64,000 nt of DNA from the NCBI GenBank assembly GCA_945861645.1, contig CAMAVZ010000001.1:64001-128000 (forward strand), in the 5' to 3' direction. The notes beneath the pieces are model-generated. The model did not search any database, was not told the origin of the DNA, and was given only the letters and a program-made list of their open reading frames with translations. Numbering within the stretch: position 1 is the stretch's first letter; every line of letters begins with the position of its first letter. Positions 39,795 to 49,102 of the stretch are shown piece by piece. The translations under genes and the position numbers were made by a program. The stretch is from Opitutus sp. GAS368 (lineage in GTDB: Bacteria; Verrucomicrobiota; Verrucomicrobiia; Opitutales; Opitutaceae).

Positions 39795-41027
39795 TTAATG
39801 CGCGACGGTGATCGGGGCCGTCAAGGGCTGACCAATTTCTTCGAGCAATTTTTTGAACCACGGTTGCGTCGTAGCAAAAGCTTTGCCGCCTTTGATGCGG
39901 GGGAATTCGATGGCGCGCAGGACGTCACCGCGTTCTTCATCATGGCCGATGAGGCCACTGACTCCGGTCCGAGCGCACTCGATGGCTTTTAGTACGCAGG
40001 TATCGATGAGCTGGAGATCTTCGGCATTGGCGGGCGCTGAGCGGGCGAAATAGCCGCTCTTCTGCACCAACACCTTCTCGGCGCCGAGCATGGTAGCAAA
40101 ACGTTCGGCAAACCATTTGCCGGGATTGATGGTATCGAGGCGGACGTGACCAAAGGCGTCCCGATCGATGGGGGCGCCGCGGGCAGTCATTTCCGCAATG
40201 ATGCTGTCGAGACCGGCCCCTTCGCTCACGAATAAATTAATATTTCCCTGCCGATCCATGAGGGCCCGTAGGCGTTTAGCCTCAGCTTCAATATTCAAGG
40301 CGAGCTCTGGTAAATAGATCGCATGCACCGCGTAGCGCTCCCGTGCCAAGCCGATAGCTGGCACCCACGTTTTAGTGGCGAGGCTCTGTTGATAAACGCG
40401 GGCGGTGGCTGCGGTGAGCCAACCGCAACTGCGGCCCATCACTTCATGGACGATGAGCGTGCGGGCGCTGGCGCCGAGCTCAGTTACGACGTTGGCAAAA
40501 AAATGCGCGCCTTGTTCCGCCGCGGTGACGGCACCGAGGCTCTGCTTAATTGGGATAATATCGTTATCAATCGTCTTGGGTAGACCGATGACGTTGAGCT
40601 GATAATTATGTTTCTGCAGATAGGCCGCGAGGTCGGCCGCGGTGGTGTTCGTATCGTCGCCACCGACAGTGTGGAGAATATCAACTCCGTCCCGCTGCAG
40701 CTGTTCCGCCGCGACGGCAAGAGGGAGCTGGCCCTCTTTGACGAGACCACGCTTAACCGCATCTTTAACATTAGTGAGTTTGACGCGGCTGTTGCCAATG
40801 ACGCTGCCGCCAAATTGGCGCAGGACGCTGGCCTGGGCGCGAATTTCTGGGGTGACGACAATATGATCACCGAGGAGTAGGCCCTTGTAGCCCGAGCGGT
40901 AGCAGATGATCTCCCAATCAGGGCATTGCCGCGTGTAGTGGAGAATGAGCTGACCGACGGCGGCGCTCAGGCAGGGGGCGTGACCACCGGCTGTGAGGAT
41001 GGCGACTTTCTTCTTTGGTGAGCTCAT
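39795..41027 (-). CDS. pfp: Pyrophosphate-dependent phosphofructokinase
   Basis: TAGG.APC, GGDDT (PPi-type Asp), PKTIDND, EVMGR..GWL, KSGYFARS. Confidence 0.93.
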   Translation of the reverse strand: MSSPKKKVAILTAGGHAPCLSAAVGQLILHYTRQCPDWEIICYRSGYKGLLLGDHIVVTPEIRAQASVLRQFGGSVIGNSRVKLTNVKDAVKRGLVKEGQLPLAVAAEQLQRDGVDILHTVGGDDTNTTAADLAAYLQKHNYQLNVIGLPKTIDNDIIPIKQSLGAVTAAEQGAHFFANVVTELGASARTLIVHEVMGRSCGWLTAATARVYQQSLATKTWVPAIGLARERYAVHAIYLPELALNIEAEAKRLRALMDRQGNINLFVSEGAGLDSIIAEMTARGAPIDRDAFGHVRLDTINPGKWFAERFATMLGAEKVLVQKSGYFARSAPANAEDLQLIDTCVLKAIECARTGVSGLIGHDEERGDVLRAIEFPRIKGGKAFATTQPWFKKLLEEIGQPLTAPITVAH

Positions 41028-41169
41028 AGATCGAGGGCGCAAGCCAAGCAGCCTAACGATCCCAAATCAACCTTCAGCCGCGATTGGGGGCGGCTTATTT
41101 TTCCCCCGCCTGCATCTGGCGATGGACCAACTCGATGAGCGGCTTAAAGAGGTCGTGAATCATAGGAAT

Positions 41170-41194
41170 AAAAAAGGCAGGCGATGAGCCTGCC
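41170..41194 (-). terminator. Intrinsic terminator downstream of the small basic protein gene
   Basis: Minus strand: GGCAGGC-TCATC-GCCTGCC-TTTTTT. Confidence 0.8.
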
Positions 41195-41275
41195 AGATTA
41201 TGCAAGGTGGAGGAAAGCGAGGGGCGAGGTGACCGTGGACCGCGTGGTTACCTAGACCGTTTGCTGCAACCAAGC

Positions 41276-41431
41276 TTAGACGTCAGCTTTGGTCTTGCGC
41301 AGACCTAAGACGCGATCGCCTTCCTTCCATTGGCCACGCTTCTTGAGGAGGCCGACGCGCTCGAAGCGCTTGAGGACATTGCGTTTGATGACGAGGCCGC
41401 CACCGGACTTGAGGCTGTTGTGCTGGGACAT
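41276..41431 (-). CDS. PVC-superphylum small basic protein (51 aa)
   Basis: MSQHNSLK..KRNVLKRFERV..L..W...VLGLRK pattern. Confidence 0.9.
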   Translation of the reverse strand: MSQHNSLKSGGGLVIKRNVLKRFERVGLLKKRGQWKEGDRVLGLRKTKADV

Positions 41432-41663
41432 AAAGAGGGTTGGATAAGGATTAATTCTGCCTGTGCGAGGGTGGGGATGTAGAGTTCGTCTTAGACCATG
41501 ACAAGTACTTTTCAGCTCAATTTTTTCGCCTATTATTACGAGGAAACAGGAGTGGCCGTAGGCTGCGTGCAATCGGTCGATGCTCACGGCCTAGCCACGC
41601 CAGCGGTTAGTCGTATGATCCGAGGTCCTCGGATCGTGCCAGCGTCAACGACTAAGCCTGACC

Positions 41664-42611
41664 CTATTGCTCTTTACCCACCATCCGCTCGGCCAGTTCC
41701 AACCCCGAAAGCGCCGCGCCTTCTACCCGCGGGCCACCCAGCGCATCCCCCGCTAAACCGAGGCCCAACTCGGGCAGCCACACACATCGCTCAGCATATG
41801 CAGTGACTGGCTCGCTAAACTTCCAGCGCTGCAACGCCACGTTGACCACGGGCGCACCCAACCGGTCCGCCATCCCCGGCACGATCAATGCCGCTAGCTC
41901 GGCTTCTGTCTTCGCGTAGTGCTCCGCCGTAAATGATGGACTTAAATGGACCGTCACCGCCCCAGCTTTGCCCGATGAAATTCCTTTCTTGGTGTTGTCG
42001 GCGAGCCACCGCACCGGTCCCTCTGCCAGCGCTACGCCCTCGGCTGGCACCGCGCTGGCTCCGCCCAGCGTCAGCAACAGCGCCAAGCAGGGATGATAGC
42101 TCAGCCGCGCCAACGGCTCCGCCAACTCGATCGGCAAGTCCACGCCTCCCGCCTTCAACAATGCCAACGACTGTGGTAACGGTGCCGTCAGCACCACGTG
42201 GCCAGCTTGCTGCGCCAACTGATTTTCTATCGTCAGCTCCCACCCGCCAAGTTTGTGCTGCACTTTTACCACCTTCGCCTCCCGCCGCACATCGAGCCCG
42301 TCCGCCAAAAATTTTCCCAACGCATTCATGCTCGGCTGTGCGATCCAGCGATGCGCCGATGCGCCCGGCCAGGGCGCGACTACGCCGGCCGCCGCCCACT
42401 CGTTCACCATGGATGCGAAACGCTCCGACTTCGCCGTGAAATACTGTGCGCCCGTGTCAAATACGGCTGCCTCGACCCGCTTAGTGGCCAACCGCCCGCC
42501 AAATCCACGGCTTTTTTCCAATACCACCACGTCCTTACCTCGGGCCTTTAGCGCCCGCGCCAGCAAAAGCCCAGATATGCCTGCGCCCACGACTGCGATG
42601 GTTTCATTCAT
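41664..42611 (-). CDS. Renalase-like NAD(P)/FAD-dependent oxidoreductase
   Basis: VGAGISG, EKSRG.GGRLAT.R, DTGAQYF, QRW, AGD...VEGAALSG. Confidence 0.9.
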   Translation of the reverse strand: MNETIAVVGAGISGLLLARALKARGKDVVVLEKSRGFGGRLATKRVEAAVFDTGAQYFTAKSERFASMVNEWAAAGVVAPWPGASAHRWIAQPSMNALGKFLADGLDVRREAKVVKVQHKLGGWELTIENQLAQQAGHVVLTAPLPQSLALLKAGGVDLPIELAEPLARLSYHPCLALLLTLGGASAVPAEGVALAEGPVRWLADNTKKGISSGKAGAVTVHLSPSFTAEHYAKTEAELAALIVPGMADRLGAPVVNVALQRWKFSEPVTAYAERCVWLPELGLGLAGDALGGPRVEGAALSGLELAERMVGKEQ

Positions 42612-42731
42612 CGCGCGGTAGCCTTCCCGACCTCGCGTGGGGTGCAACGCTGATTCCGAGTCCGTGGTTTCCATGTCCGAACATTGCACTGCTCAGTCGC
42701 CGTTCGCTCGCCCCAAGCTATCGCATTCAGT

Positions 42732-42881
42732 CTAGCCGCCGTGCTTCCGCATCCGGCACGCATCCGAACAAAACTTTACCTCGTCCCACACCTTCGCCCA
42801 TTTTTTCCTCCACGTAAATGGCCGACCGCAAACGACGCAGGGCTTCGTCGGTAGATCAGATTTTTTTCGCATCTTTGGCAT
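42732..42881 (-). CDS. DUF2256 small Cys-rich protein (49 aa; not in ORF track)
   Basis: Hand translation: MPKMRKKSDLPTKPCVVCGRPFTWRKKWAKVWDEVKFCSDACRMRKHGG. Confidence 0.9.
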   Translation of the reverse strand: MPKMRKKSDLPTKPCVVCGRPFTWRKKWAKVWDEVKFCSDACRMRKHGG

Positions 42882-42907
42882 GGGGGCAATCCTCCGGTCT
42901 AAAGTGC

Positions 42908-44488
42908 TCAGAGCTCGCCCCGCGCCGCGGGTGCGCCGCCGTTCGTCTTGATTCTCTTGGCCTGCTCTTGAATCGCCGCCCGATTCGCTGGATTAAGGCG
43001 TGCAATATTTTTAACCTGCAAAGCCATCCGCTGATTCCTGGCGAGCAACGGCTCGTGCCGCAGCAGGAAATCCCAATAGAGCGTTGTAAACGGGCAGGCG
43101 TCCTCGCCCACCGACTTCGCCGGATCAAATCGACACCCCGCGCAATAATTACTCATCCGGTCGATATATTTCCCGGTCGCGGCGTATGGCTTTGAGGCCA
43201 TGATCCCGCCGTCGCCATACTGCGACATTCCGAGGGTGTTCGGCAGCTCGACCCACTCAACGGCATCCACATAGACGGCCAGATACCACGCGTGAACTTT
43301 TTGCGGTTCCACCCCGAGCAGCAACGCATAGAGCCCCGTGACCATTAATCGTTGGATATGATGCGCGTAGCCATGCGTCAACGTCTGGCCAATACTTTGC
43401 CGCAGGCAGTTCATCTCGCATTGCCCCGTCCAATAAAATTCCGGTAATTTTTCCTTCGCCCCCAGCGCGTTCAGCTCTTCGTAGCGCGGCATGAATTTCC
43501 AATAAATGCCCCGCACATATTCCCGCCACCCGAGGATCTGCCGAATAAAGCCCTCTGCGCTGGCGAGGTGCACTTTCCCCTCGCGATAAGCCTGCTCCGC
43601 CGCCGCCACGACTTCGCGTGGGTTGAGCAATTTCATGTTCAGCGCCGCCGAAATCCGCGAATGAAATAGCCACGGTTCCTCTGTCCACATCGCATCCTGG
43701 AATTGCCCAAAGTTCGGCAACCGGTGCTCGATAAAATCCCGTAAGGTAGCCCGGGCATCTTCTGGCGTTACCGGCCAGGCGAACTCCGCGAGTTTGCCCG
43801 GATGGCTCGCAAACCGCTTGGCTACGAGCGCTAGTACCGCCCGCGTGGTCGCATCAGGTTTAGTTAAAAGCGGCGCCCGCAATTTTGCTGCCGCGGGTCC
43901 GCCCTGCTTGAAACTGCCCCGATTGTCGTGGTCGTAATTCCACTCGCCGCCTTCCGGCTCACCTTTTTTATCCAGGAGTACGCGATGCTGGCGCCGCACC
44001 TCGCGGTAGAAAAATTCCATCCGCAACATTTTCCGGCCTTCGGCATGCTTAGCAAAATCCGCCCGCGTCTGAAAGAAATGCCGATCGTCCCTCACCTCGA
44101 GCGGCAACACTGCCGCCTGCGCTGCCGCCGTCATGGCCGCCTGCACGCGCCACTCCCCCGCCTCCGTCATCACCAGCCGTTCGGGTCGCACCTTGGCGAG
44201 CGCTCGCGCCAACTCCCCGGCGAGCGTCTGCGTGTTCCCCGCTGCATCGAGCTCCGTATAATTGACCTTTCGCCCGAGCTTTTTTTGGGCATCGCGAAAG
44301 TGGCGCATGGCCGCCAAGAAAACTGCGATTCGTGGTTGGCTTGTCCAGACGTGTTCCGATTCCTCGGCGACCTCCGCCATCCAGATCACGTCGCGCTTCG
44401 GATCAAAGCCGTCGAGCGCTGACGAATCAGCGTCGAGCTGATCCCCGAGCACGAGCACGAGCGAACGCACCGCTGGCGCCGCGCTCAA
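42908..44488 (-). CDS. FeS-type bacterial cryptochrome/(6-4) photolyase (PhrB/CryB-like)
   Basis: VLGDQL, AMRHF, MEFFYR, WNYD..NR, RQILGWREY, HHIQRLM, WVELPN; four Cys (MNCL, YCAGC, ACPF). Confidence 0.92.
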   Translation of the reverse strand: MSAAPAVRSLVLVLGDQLDADSSALDGFDPKRDVIWMAEVAEESEHVWTSQPRIAVFLAAMRHFRDAQKKLGRKVNYTELDAAGNTQTLAGELARALAKVRPERLVMTEAGEWRVQAAMTAAAQAAVLPLEVRDDRHFFQTRADFAKHAEGRKMLRMEFFYREVRRQHRVLLDKKGEPEGGEWNYDHDNRGSFKQGGPAAAKLRAPLLTKPDATTRAVLALVAKRFASHPGKLAEFAWPVTPEDARATLRDFIEHRLPNFGQFQDAMWTEEPWLFHSRISAALNMKLLNPREVVAAAEQAYREGKVHLASAEGFIRQILGWREYVRGIYWKFMPRYEELNALGAKEKLPEFYWTGQCEMNCLRQSIGQTLTHGYAHHIQRLMVTGLYALLLGVEPQKVHAWYLAVYVDAVEWVELPNTLGMSQYGDGGIMASKPYAATGKYIDRMSNYCAGCRFDPAKSVGEDACPFTTLYWDFLLRHEPLLARNQRMALQVKNIARLNPANRAAIQEQAKRIKTNGGAPAARGEL

Positions 44489-44607
44489 CGCACCACCTCC
44501 GCCACGCCGTTCGTGGTGATAGCCATCGCCTTGCCGGCGAGCGGGCGCTCGAGCCCAGTTGAGTGCTCGGTGATGAGCCAGACAGGAGTGATGCTAGGAG
44601 TGTTCAT
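44485..44607 (-). pseudogene. Probable remnant of an SDR oxidoreductase N-terminus (40 codons)
   Basis: PVWLITEHSTGLERPLA resembles the SDR motif VWLITGxSTGLGRxLA with the glycines lost. Confidence 0.45.
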
Positions 44608-45279
44608 GGTGCGAAGCAAGTGGTGGGAACGGGAGGAAGATGGTAACGTTAACCGGTAGTGCCGCCAACCCCGACTCCGGCTCACCCGCCAAGTGCGCCG
44701 TGGGCGGGATGCGAGCGGTTCTTATTCGTCACCGGCAGAATCTGATTTTGGGGTGGGGGCGGATAGAAACCTGAGTTTGCATGGGCTAAGAGCATACTTA
44801 GTTTTTAGGCTACATCAAGTCCGGCTGGCCGCGCGCCAGGCCGGCGGGGCGTTAACCGAGGCCGCGCAAACAAAATCCACCGAACCGATCTGGTTTTAAG
44901 GAGGAGCTCACTTGGTCAGACCGATGAGAGCGGCAATAGCCGTTGGCTCGGACCGAACGCCTGCGTTTTGCAGCTGGGCGGCGGTTTTTTTAGATAACTG
45001 CAATGGGTCAGCTTGGATCAATCTTCTGCTAACTGCGTTGGCGCCAGATCGGCTCGGCCGATCATAACGGCAGGCCACGGGCGGCAGTTAGTAAAAGGCT
45101 GGTCCAATCTTAGGGGAACAGGCTGCGCCAGTTAATGCTGAAGTTAAGATTACGGCCTGCGATTGGTTAAACCTTGAGCGGGAGGACTTAGGGCGCGGGA
45201 GGGAAATAGTGAAATTGGCCCTTGACGCTCTTGCCGGTCGCCGTAGGCCTATCCGTTCACAATCTTCCCGACTGCCACT

Positions 45280-45480
45280 ATGAGAGACGAATACATCCGC
45301 GAAGCCCAGAAGGTCATTCCTGACCCTAATATTTTGATCAACGTGATTTCCCGTCGCGTCAAGCAGCTCCGCCGCGGCAGCCGCCCGCTGGTCGAGTCGC
45401 TGGAAAAGCTCAGTCCTGAGGACGTCGCCCTGCGCGAGGTGATTGAAGGCAAGATTAGCTACGAGCTCCACACGGCCTAA
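45280..45480 (+). CDS. rpoZ: RNA polymerase omega subunit
   Basis: LINVISRRVKQL..G..PL...VALREV.EGK. Confidence 0.9.
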   Translation: MRDEYIREAQKVIPDPNILINVISRRVKQLRRGSRPLVESLEKLSPEDVALREVIEGKISYELHTA

Positions 45481-45512
45481 AGTAACCCTCGGGGGTTGAT
45501 GTCGGATTCTAC

Positions 45513-45544
45513 GAAGCGAGGCCTTGGCCTCGCTTCTTTTGTTT
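45513..45544 (+). terminator. Intrinsic terminator after rpoZ
   Basis: GAAGCGAGGC-CTTG-GCCTCGCTTC-TTTTGTTT. Confidence 0.8.
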
Positions 45545-45583
45545 GTCACTGCCCGTTGTCTGCCGCATCACTGTTCTTCGCCC

Positions 45584-46057
45584 ATGGCCGCCCAGTCGCA
45601 TGATTCCGCCCGTTACACCGAGCTTCGCAATTCGAAGGCGCTGCGCGATTATTTCATTCACGATAAATTTGAAGCGGGGATTAAATTAGTTGGTACGGAG
45701 GTGAAGTCGATCCGGGCAGGAAAGGCGCAGATCACCGATGCCTTCGCGCGCGTGGAGAAAGGCGGCGTCTGGCTCTATGGAGCTTACATTCAGGAATACA
45801 CGCACGGCGGGCCCTCGCAGCATACCCCGCGGCGCGTGCGGCAGTTGCTCTTGCATGAAAGCGAAATTCGTAAGCTGCAGATCGCGGTGGAGACGGGTGG
45901 GAAGACGCTGGTCGCCCTGCGGATGTATTTCAAAACGGCGCTGGTCAAGGTCGAGATCGCCACTGCTACCGGTAAAAAGCAGTTCGACAAGCGCGCGGAT
46001 GTCAAAAAGCGTGAGTTGCAAATGGAAGCCCGTAAGGCCCTTAAATTTCGTCGATGA
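45584..46057 (+). CDS. smpB: SsrA-binding protein
   Basis: N.KA..DY, EAGIKLVGTEVKSIR, LLLH..EI, GKKQFDKR. Confidence 0.97.
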   Translation: MAAQSHDSARYTELRNSKALRDYFIHDKFEAGIKLVGTEVKSIRAGKAQITDAFARVEKGGVWLYGAYIQEYTHGGPSQHTPRRVRQLLLHESEIRKLQIAVETGGKTLVALRMYFKTALVKVEIATATGKKQFDKRADVKKRELQMEARKALKFRR

Positions 46058-46977
46058 AAAGAAAAACATTTCAAAGCGTTCAGGTCCGGGTGCCTGGCAG
46101 TACCTCAAATTGCGGCGCGGGCTTCGATACCCTCGGCTTGGCTCTGACGATTTATAACACGATCACGCTGACGCGCGGCGCTTGGCGGGGGGCGCGGGCG
46201 GCGACGAAGCGCGACGCGGCTGGGCTGACGATGGCGGACGAGGCGGCGCAGTTATTCTTTGTCCGCGCGGGGGTGGAAGAGTTTGGTTATACGCTTAAAA
46301 TTGTGGGCGCTGTGCCCATTTCACGCGGCTTGGGTTCCAGCGTAACTCTCCGGGCCGGCGTGGTCGCGGCGCTCAATGAATTAAGCGGGGTGCGCCTGAC
46401 CAAGGATGATCTGGGCAGTTTGGTCACGCAACTCGAGGGGCACCCCGATAATGCCACTCCCGCCGTCATTGGTGGCTTTTGCGTGGCGCGTTGCGATGCC
46501 CATACGGGGGCATTGCTCGGCGTGCTCCGGAAGGCGATTGGGCGTGATCTTTGTTTTGTGGTGGGCTCGCCTGATCAAGAACTCGAAACCAAGAAGGCCC
46601 GAGGGATTTTACCGAAGGAGCTGCCGTATTTTGATGCCATTAAAAGCGTGAATAGTGCAGCCTATGTGGTCGCGGCGATGGTGTCCGGGCAATATGATCG
46701 GTTGCGCGATGCCGTGTGCGATTTTCTGCATGAGCCTTACCGGTTGCCGCTGATCCCTGGCGGCAAAGCCGCGATCGACGCTGGCGTCAAAGCGGGCGCG
46801 CTGACGGGGTGGTTGAGCGGTAGCGGCTCCAGCGTGCTCTGTGTAGCGCGACCGCGCGAGGCGGCTAAAGTTGCGCGGGCAATGGCGGCGGCTTTTGCCG
46901 CGCATAAAGTGCCGGCGACCGTGCGGCGCTTGTTCGCTGATAATCAGGGTCTCGTGGTCGTGCAGCGGCGCGCTTGA
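46054..46977 (+). CDS. thrB: Homoserine kinase
   Basis: PGSTSNCGAGFD.LG, PISRGLGSS, EGHPDN, LHEPYR, SGSGS. Confidence 0.93.
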   Translation: MKRKTFQSVQVRVPGSTSNCGAGFDTLGLALTIYNTITLTRGAWRGARAATKRDAAGLTMADEAAQLFFVRAGVEEFGYTLKIVGAVPISRGLGSSVTLRAGVVAALNELSGVRLTKDDLGSLVTQLEGHPDNATPAVIGGFCVARCDAHTGALLGVLRKAIGRDLCFVVGSPDQELETKKARGILPKELPYFDAIKSVNSAAYVVAAMVSGQYDRLRDAVCDFLHEPYRLPLIPGGKAAIDAGVKAGALTGWLSGSGSSVLCVARPREAAKVARAMAAAFAAHKVPATVRRLFADNQGLVVVQRRA

Positions 46978-46987
46978 GCGAGCGCGC

Positions 46988-47917
46988 TCAATGCATCGCG
47001 ATTGCGCAGGTCCCTAGTCCGCCCCGATAGAAATTGAATTGCACGTTGGGGTGATCGGCGAGGAGCGACATGGGTACGACGCTGTTCGCGATGCCGCGAC
47101 TGATCATCAAGGTCGTCAGTCGTTGCCCAAAGGGACTATCATGTGCACCGGCCTGCCAAATAGAAACCTTCTCGGCTTGCCACGTTTCCTGGGGTCCCAC
47201 GGTGATCGCTTGGGTAGGCACGAGTGAAATGTTGCCACCTCCGGAAGTACGCCCGTTTTGGGCCAGCGTGACGGGATGGAGCTCGACGACTCGCGTGCCT
47301 AATTGGCGAAATTCAGCCGGCGTCGGGGGAGCATCGCGATAGGCCCCCATCCGTTTCACGGGATCATTAAAGGCCCAGTGTTTAGTGTCGCCTTGTCCGC
47401 CTTGCATGATGGCACAGCGGACCTGCGACCAGCTTTGAACATAGGCGGTAAAGTCGCCTTTCGGAAAGTGGAGGTTGGCCTCGGGCATGGCGAGTTCCGA
47501 ACGGATGCGGTTAAAACATAATTCGCGGTCGGCTCGTTCAAAGGAGAGGGGGTGTGTGAGTGGCACGGCCGCGCCGTTGGCGTACCATTCGTCCATCCCC
47601 CAGAAGTGAGCGTGGCGAAGTGAGAGATTGAGTTCGTTGACGAGGCGCGCCACGAGCGGCAGTTGCTCAGTCGGGCCGATGGGACCGCAGATGCCGACGG
47701 GTTGGTCGGCGGTCGCCTGACGCCAGGCCGTGATATATTCAAGCGCCTCGGCGAGGTAAAATTCTTCAAGGGTGTCGTAGAAAACAATTTTAAAGCCATC
47801 CCGCGCGAGGTTCGCCATGTCGGCGGGAGTCAATCGGGCGGCTTCCTCAATCAAGGTCTGGTCCAGCGTGGTGTAGTCCCACCAATCAGGAGCAATGGTG
47901 CTATATTTTATAGGCAT
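46988..47917 (-). CDS. Divergent glucosamine-6-phosphate deaminase/isomerase (NagB-like)
   Basis: [33 protein letters not shown]. Confidence 0.75.
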   Translation of the reverse strand: MPIKYSTIAPDWWDYTTLDQTLIEEAARLTPADMANLARDGFKIVFYDTLEEFYLAEALEYITAWRQATADQPVGICGPIGPTEQLPLVARLVNELNLSLRHAHFWGMDEWYANGAAVPLTHPLSFERADRELCFNRIRSELAMPEANLHFPKGDFTAYVQSWSQVRCAIMQGGQGDTKHWAFNDPVKRMGAYRDAPPTPAEFRQLGTRVVELHPVTLAQNGRTSGGGNISLVPTQAITVGPQETWQAEKVSIWQAGAHDSPFGQRLTTLMISRGIANSVVPMSLLADHPNVQFNFYRGGLGTCAIAMH

Positions 47918-47949
47918 AGGAAAATGGATCAGTCGTGATACCGAGCGCG

Positions 47950-48750
47950 CTATCCGATGGCCAAGCCGCGTTCGTAAGTGCGATTGACGAGATATTTTTT
48001 CCCGAGAGCGGTGCGCAGCGGATCAGCCTCGGCAGTACAAAATCCGAGGCGCGAGTGGCGCCGCCAGCCTTCCGCCCAGCGAAACTTTCCAAACTGTTTG
48101 CCTACCGCCCGAGCCGTAGCAGTCATATTGCGCAAATAAGAATTCATGCCTTGGGCGGCTTGCAGCCAGCTTTGTTGGCTTTCGTGGTAGGCTAGTGCTG
48201 CGAGTTTCTTGGCCTGGACCGATGTTGTATTAACGTACGCTCCAGCGACAACACGACGACGCAAGCCGTCGCAGAGTCCGTGGGGCAAAGCGTGATAAAC
48301 GGTGGTTTCTCCCAACCAAGCAGCGGTGCGGGGTTGGGCTGAGAAATTAGGGATCCCGCGGGCAAACGCCGCCGTGACCGCGAGTCGCGAAGTGGTGGCG
48401 TGATCCTCCATGTAGTCCTGCGGGGAATGGGTTAAAACGATTGAAGGTTTAACCGTGCGCATCACTGCCGTCAGGGCGCGTAATAAGCGCACTGAGTACA
48501 CGATCTCTAAGTCATCAGTGTAGCTTTCATGATATTCTGCACCAAGCAGAGCGGCGGCTTTTTTGGCCTCACGCCGCCGAGTTCGGCGAACGGTGGCGGC
48601 GGAGTGAATGCGGCTGCCGCCATGCCCAGAAGATAAATTAAGATAGTGAATCTGATACCCAGCCGCGCGCAGGAGGAGCAGCGTACCGGCCATCATAAAC
48701 TCGATGTCATCGGGGTGCGCGGCAATCGCGATGGCAGTGGGCGGCGACAT
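47950..48750 (-). CDS. PIG-L/LmbE family deacetylase
   Basis: AHPDDIE, RRREA, DYMEDH, HESQ. Confidence 0.9.
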   Translation of the reverse strand: MSPPTAIAIAAHPDDIEFMMAGTLLLLRAAGYQIHYLNLSSGHGGSRIHSAATVRRTRRREAKKAAALLGAEYHESYTDDLEIVYSVRLLRALTAVMRTVKPSIVLTHSPQDYMEDHATTSRLAVTAAFARGIPNFSAQPRTAAWLGETTVYHALPHGLCDGLRRRVVAGAYVNTTSVQAKKLAALAYHESQQSWLQAAQGMNSYLRNMTATARAVGKQFGKFRWAEGWRRHSRLGFCTAEADPLRTALGKKYLVNRTYERGLAIG

Positions 48751-48808
48751 AACTGAAAGGCGATGGGGCGGAGCCTGTTTCAGTTTTTACTCTCGTTGCA
48801 CGGGTTGG

Positions 48809-49057
48809 CTAAGTAATTCCATTAGCCTTGAGCAGCGCCGCAAGTTCGATCGCATCCACTTCGCCTTTGATGGTATTTAAGTGGCTGAGTACGACCATGC
48901 GATCATCGGCGCCGCAGCTAGATATTTCGATCATCCAGTCTTCGGGCTGGGCCGCACGCACAATTACTTCGTCGCTCCAAGCGATGACTTCCGTGGCTTC
49001 AACAAAACCCTGCGTGATGCCGCGAATAAAATATTCTGCTTTGGTCCGATAGTTCAT
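48809..49057 (-). CDS. Hypothetical protein (82 aa, helical, acidic)
   Basis: Clean ORF co-oriented with its neighbours; fills the intergenic gap. Confidence 0.65.
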   Translation of the reverse strand: MNYRTKAEYFIRGITQGFVEATEVIAWSDEVIVRAAQPEDWMIEISSCGADDRMVVLSHLNTIKGEVDAIELAALLKANGIT

Positions 49058-49102
49058 GCACAGATTCTTCCGTGCTAGCCTGATGCTGCCAAGTGCGAAA
49101 GT

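Noticed and set aside
41095-41163. 22-codon minus-strand ORF MIHDLFKPLIELVHRQMQAGEK upstream of pfp
   Set aside because: It starts immediately after a terminator T-run, is very short and has no supporting motif.
44690-46057. tmRNA near smpB
   Set aside because: No GGGGC..TCCACCA tRNA-like ends or tag ORF recognised.
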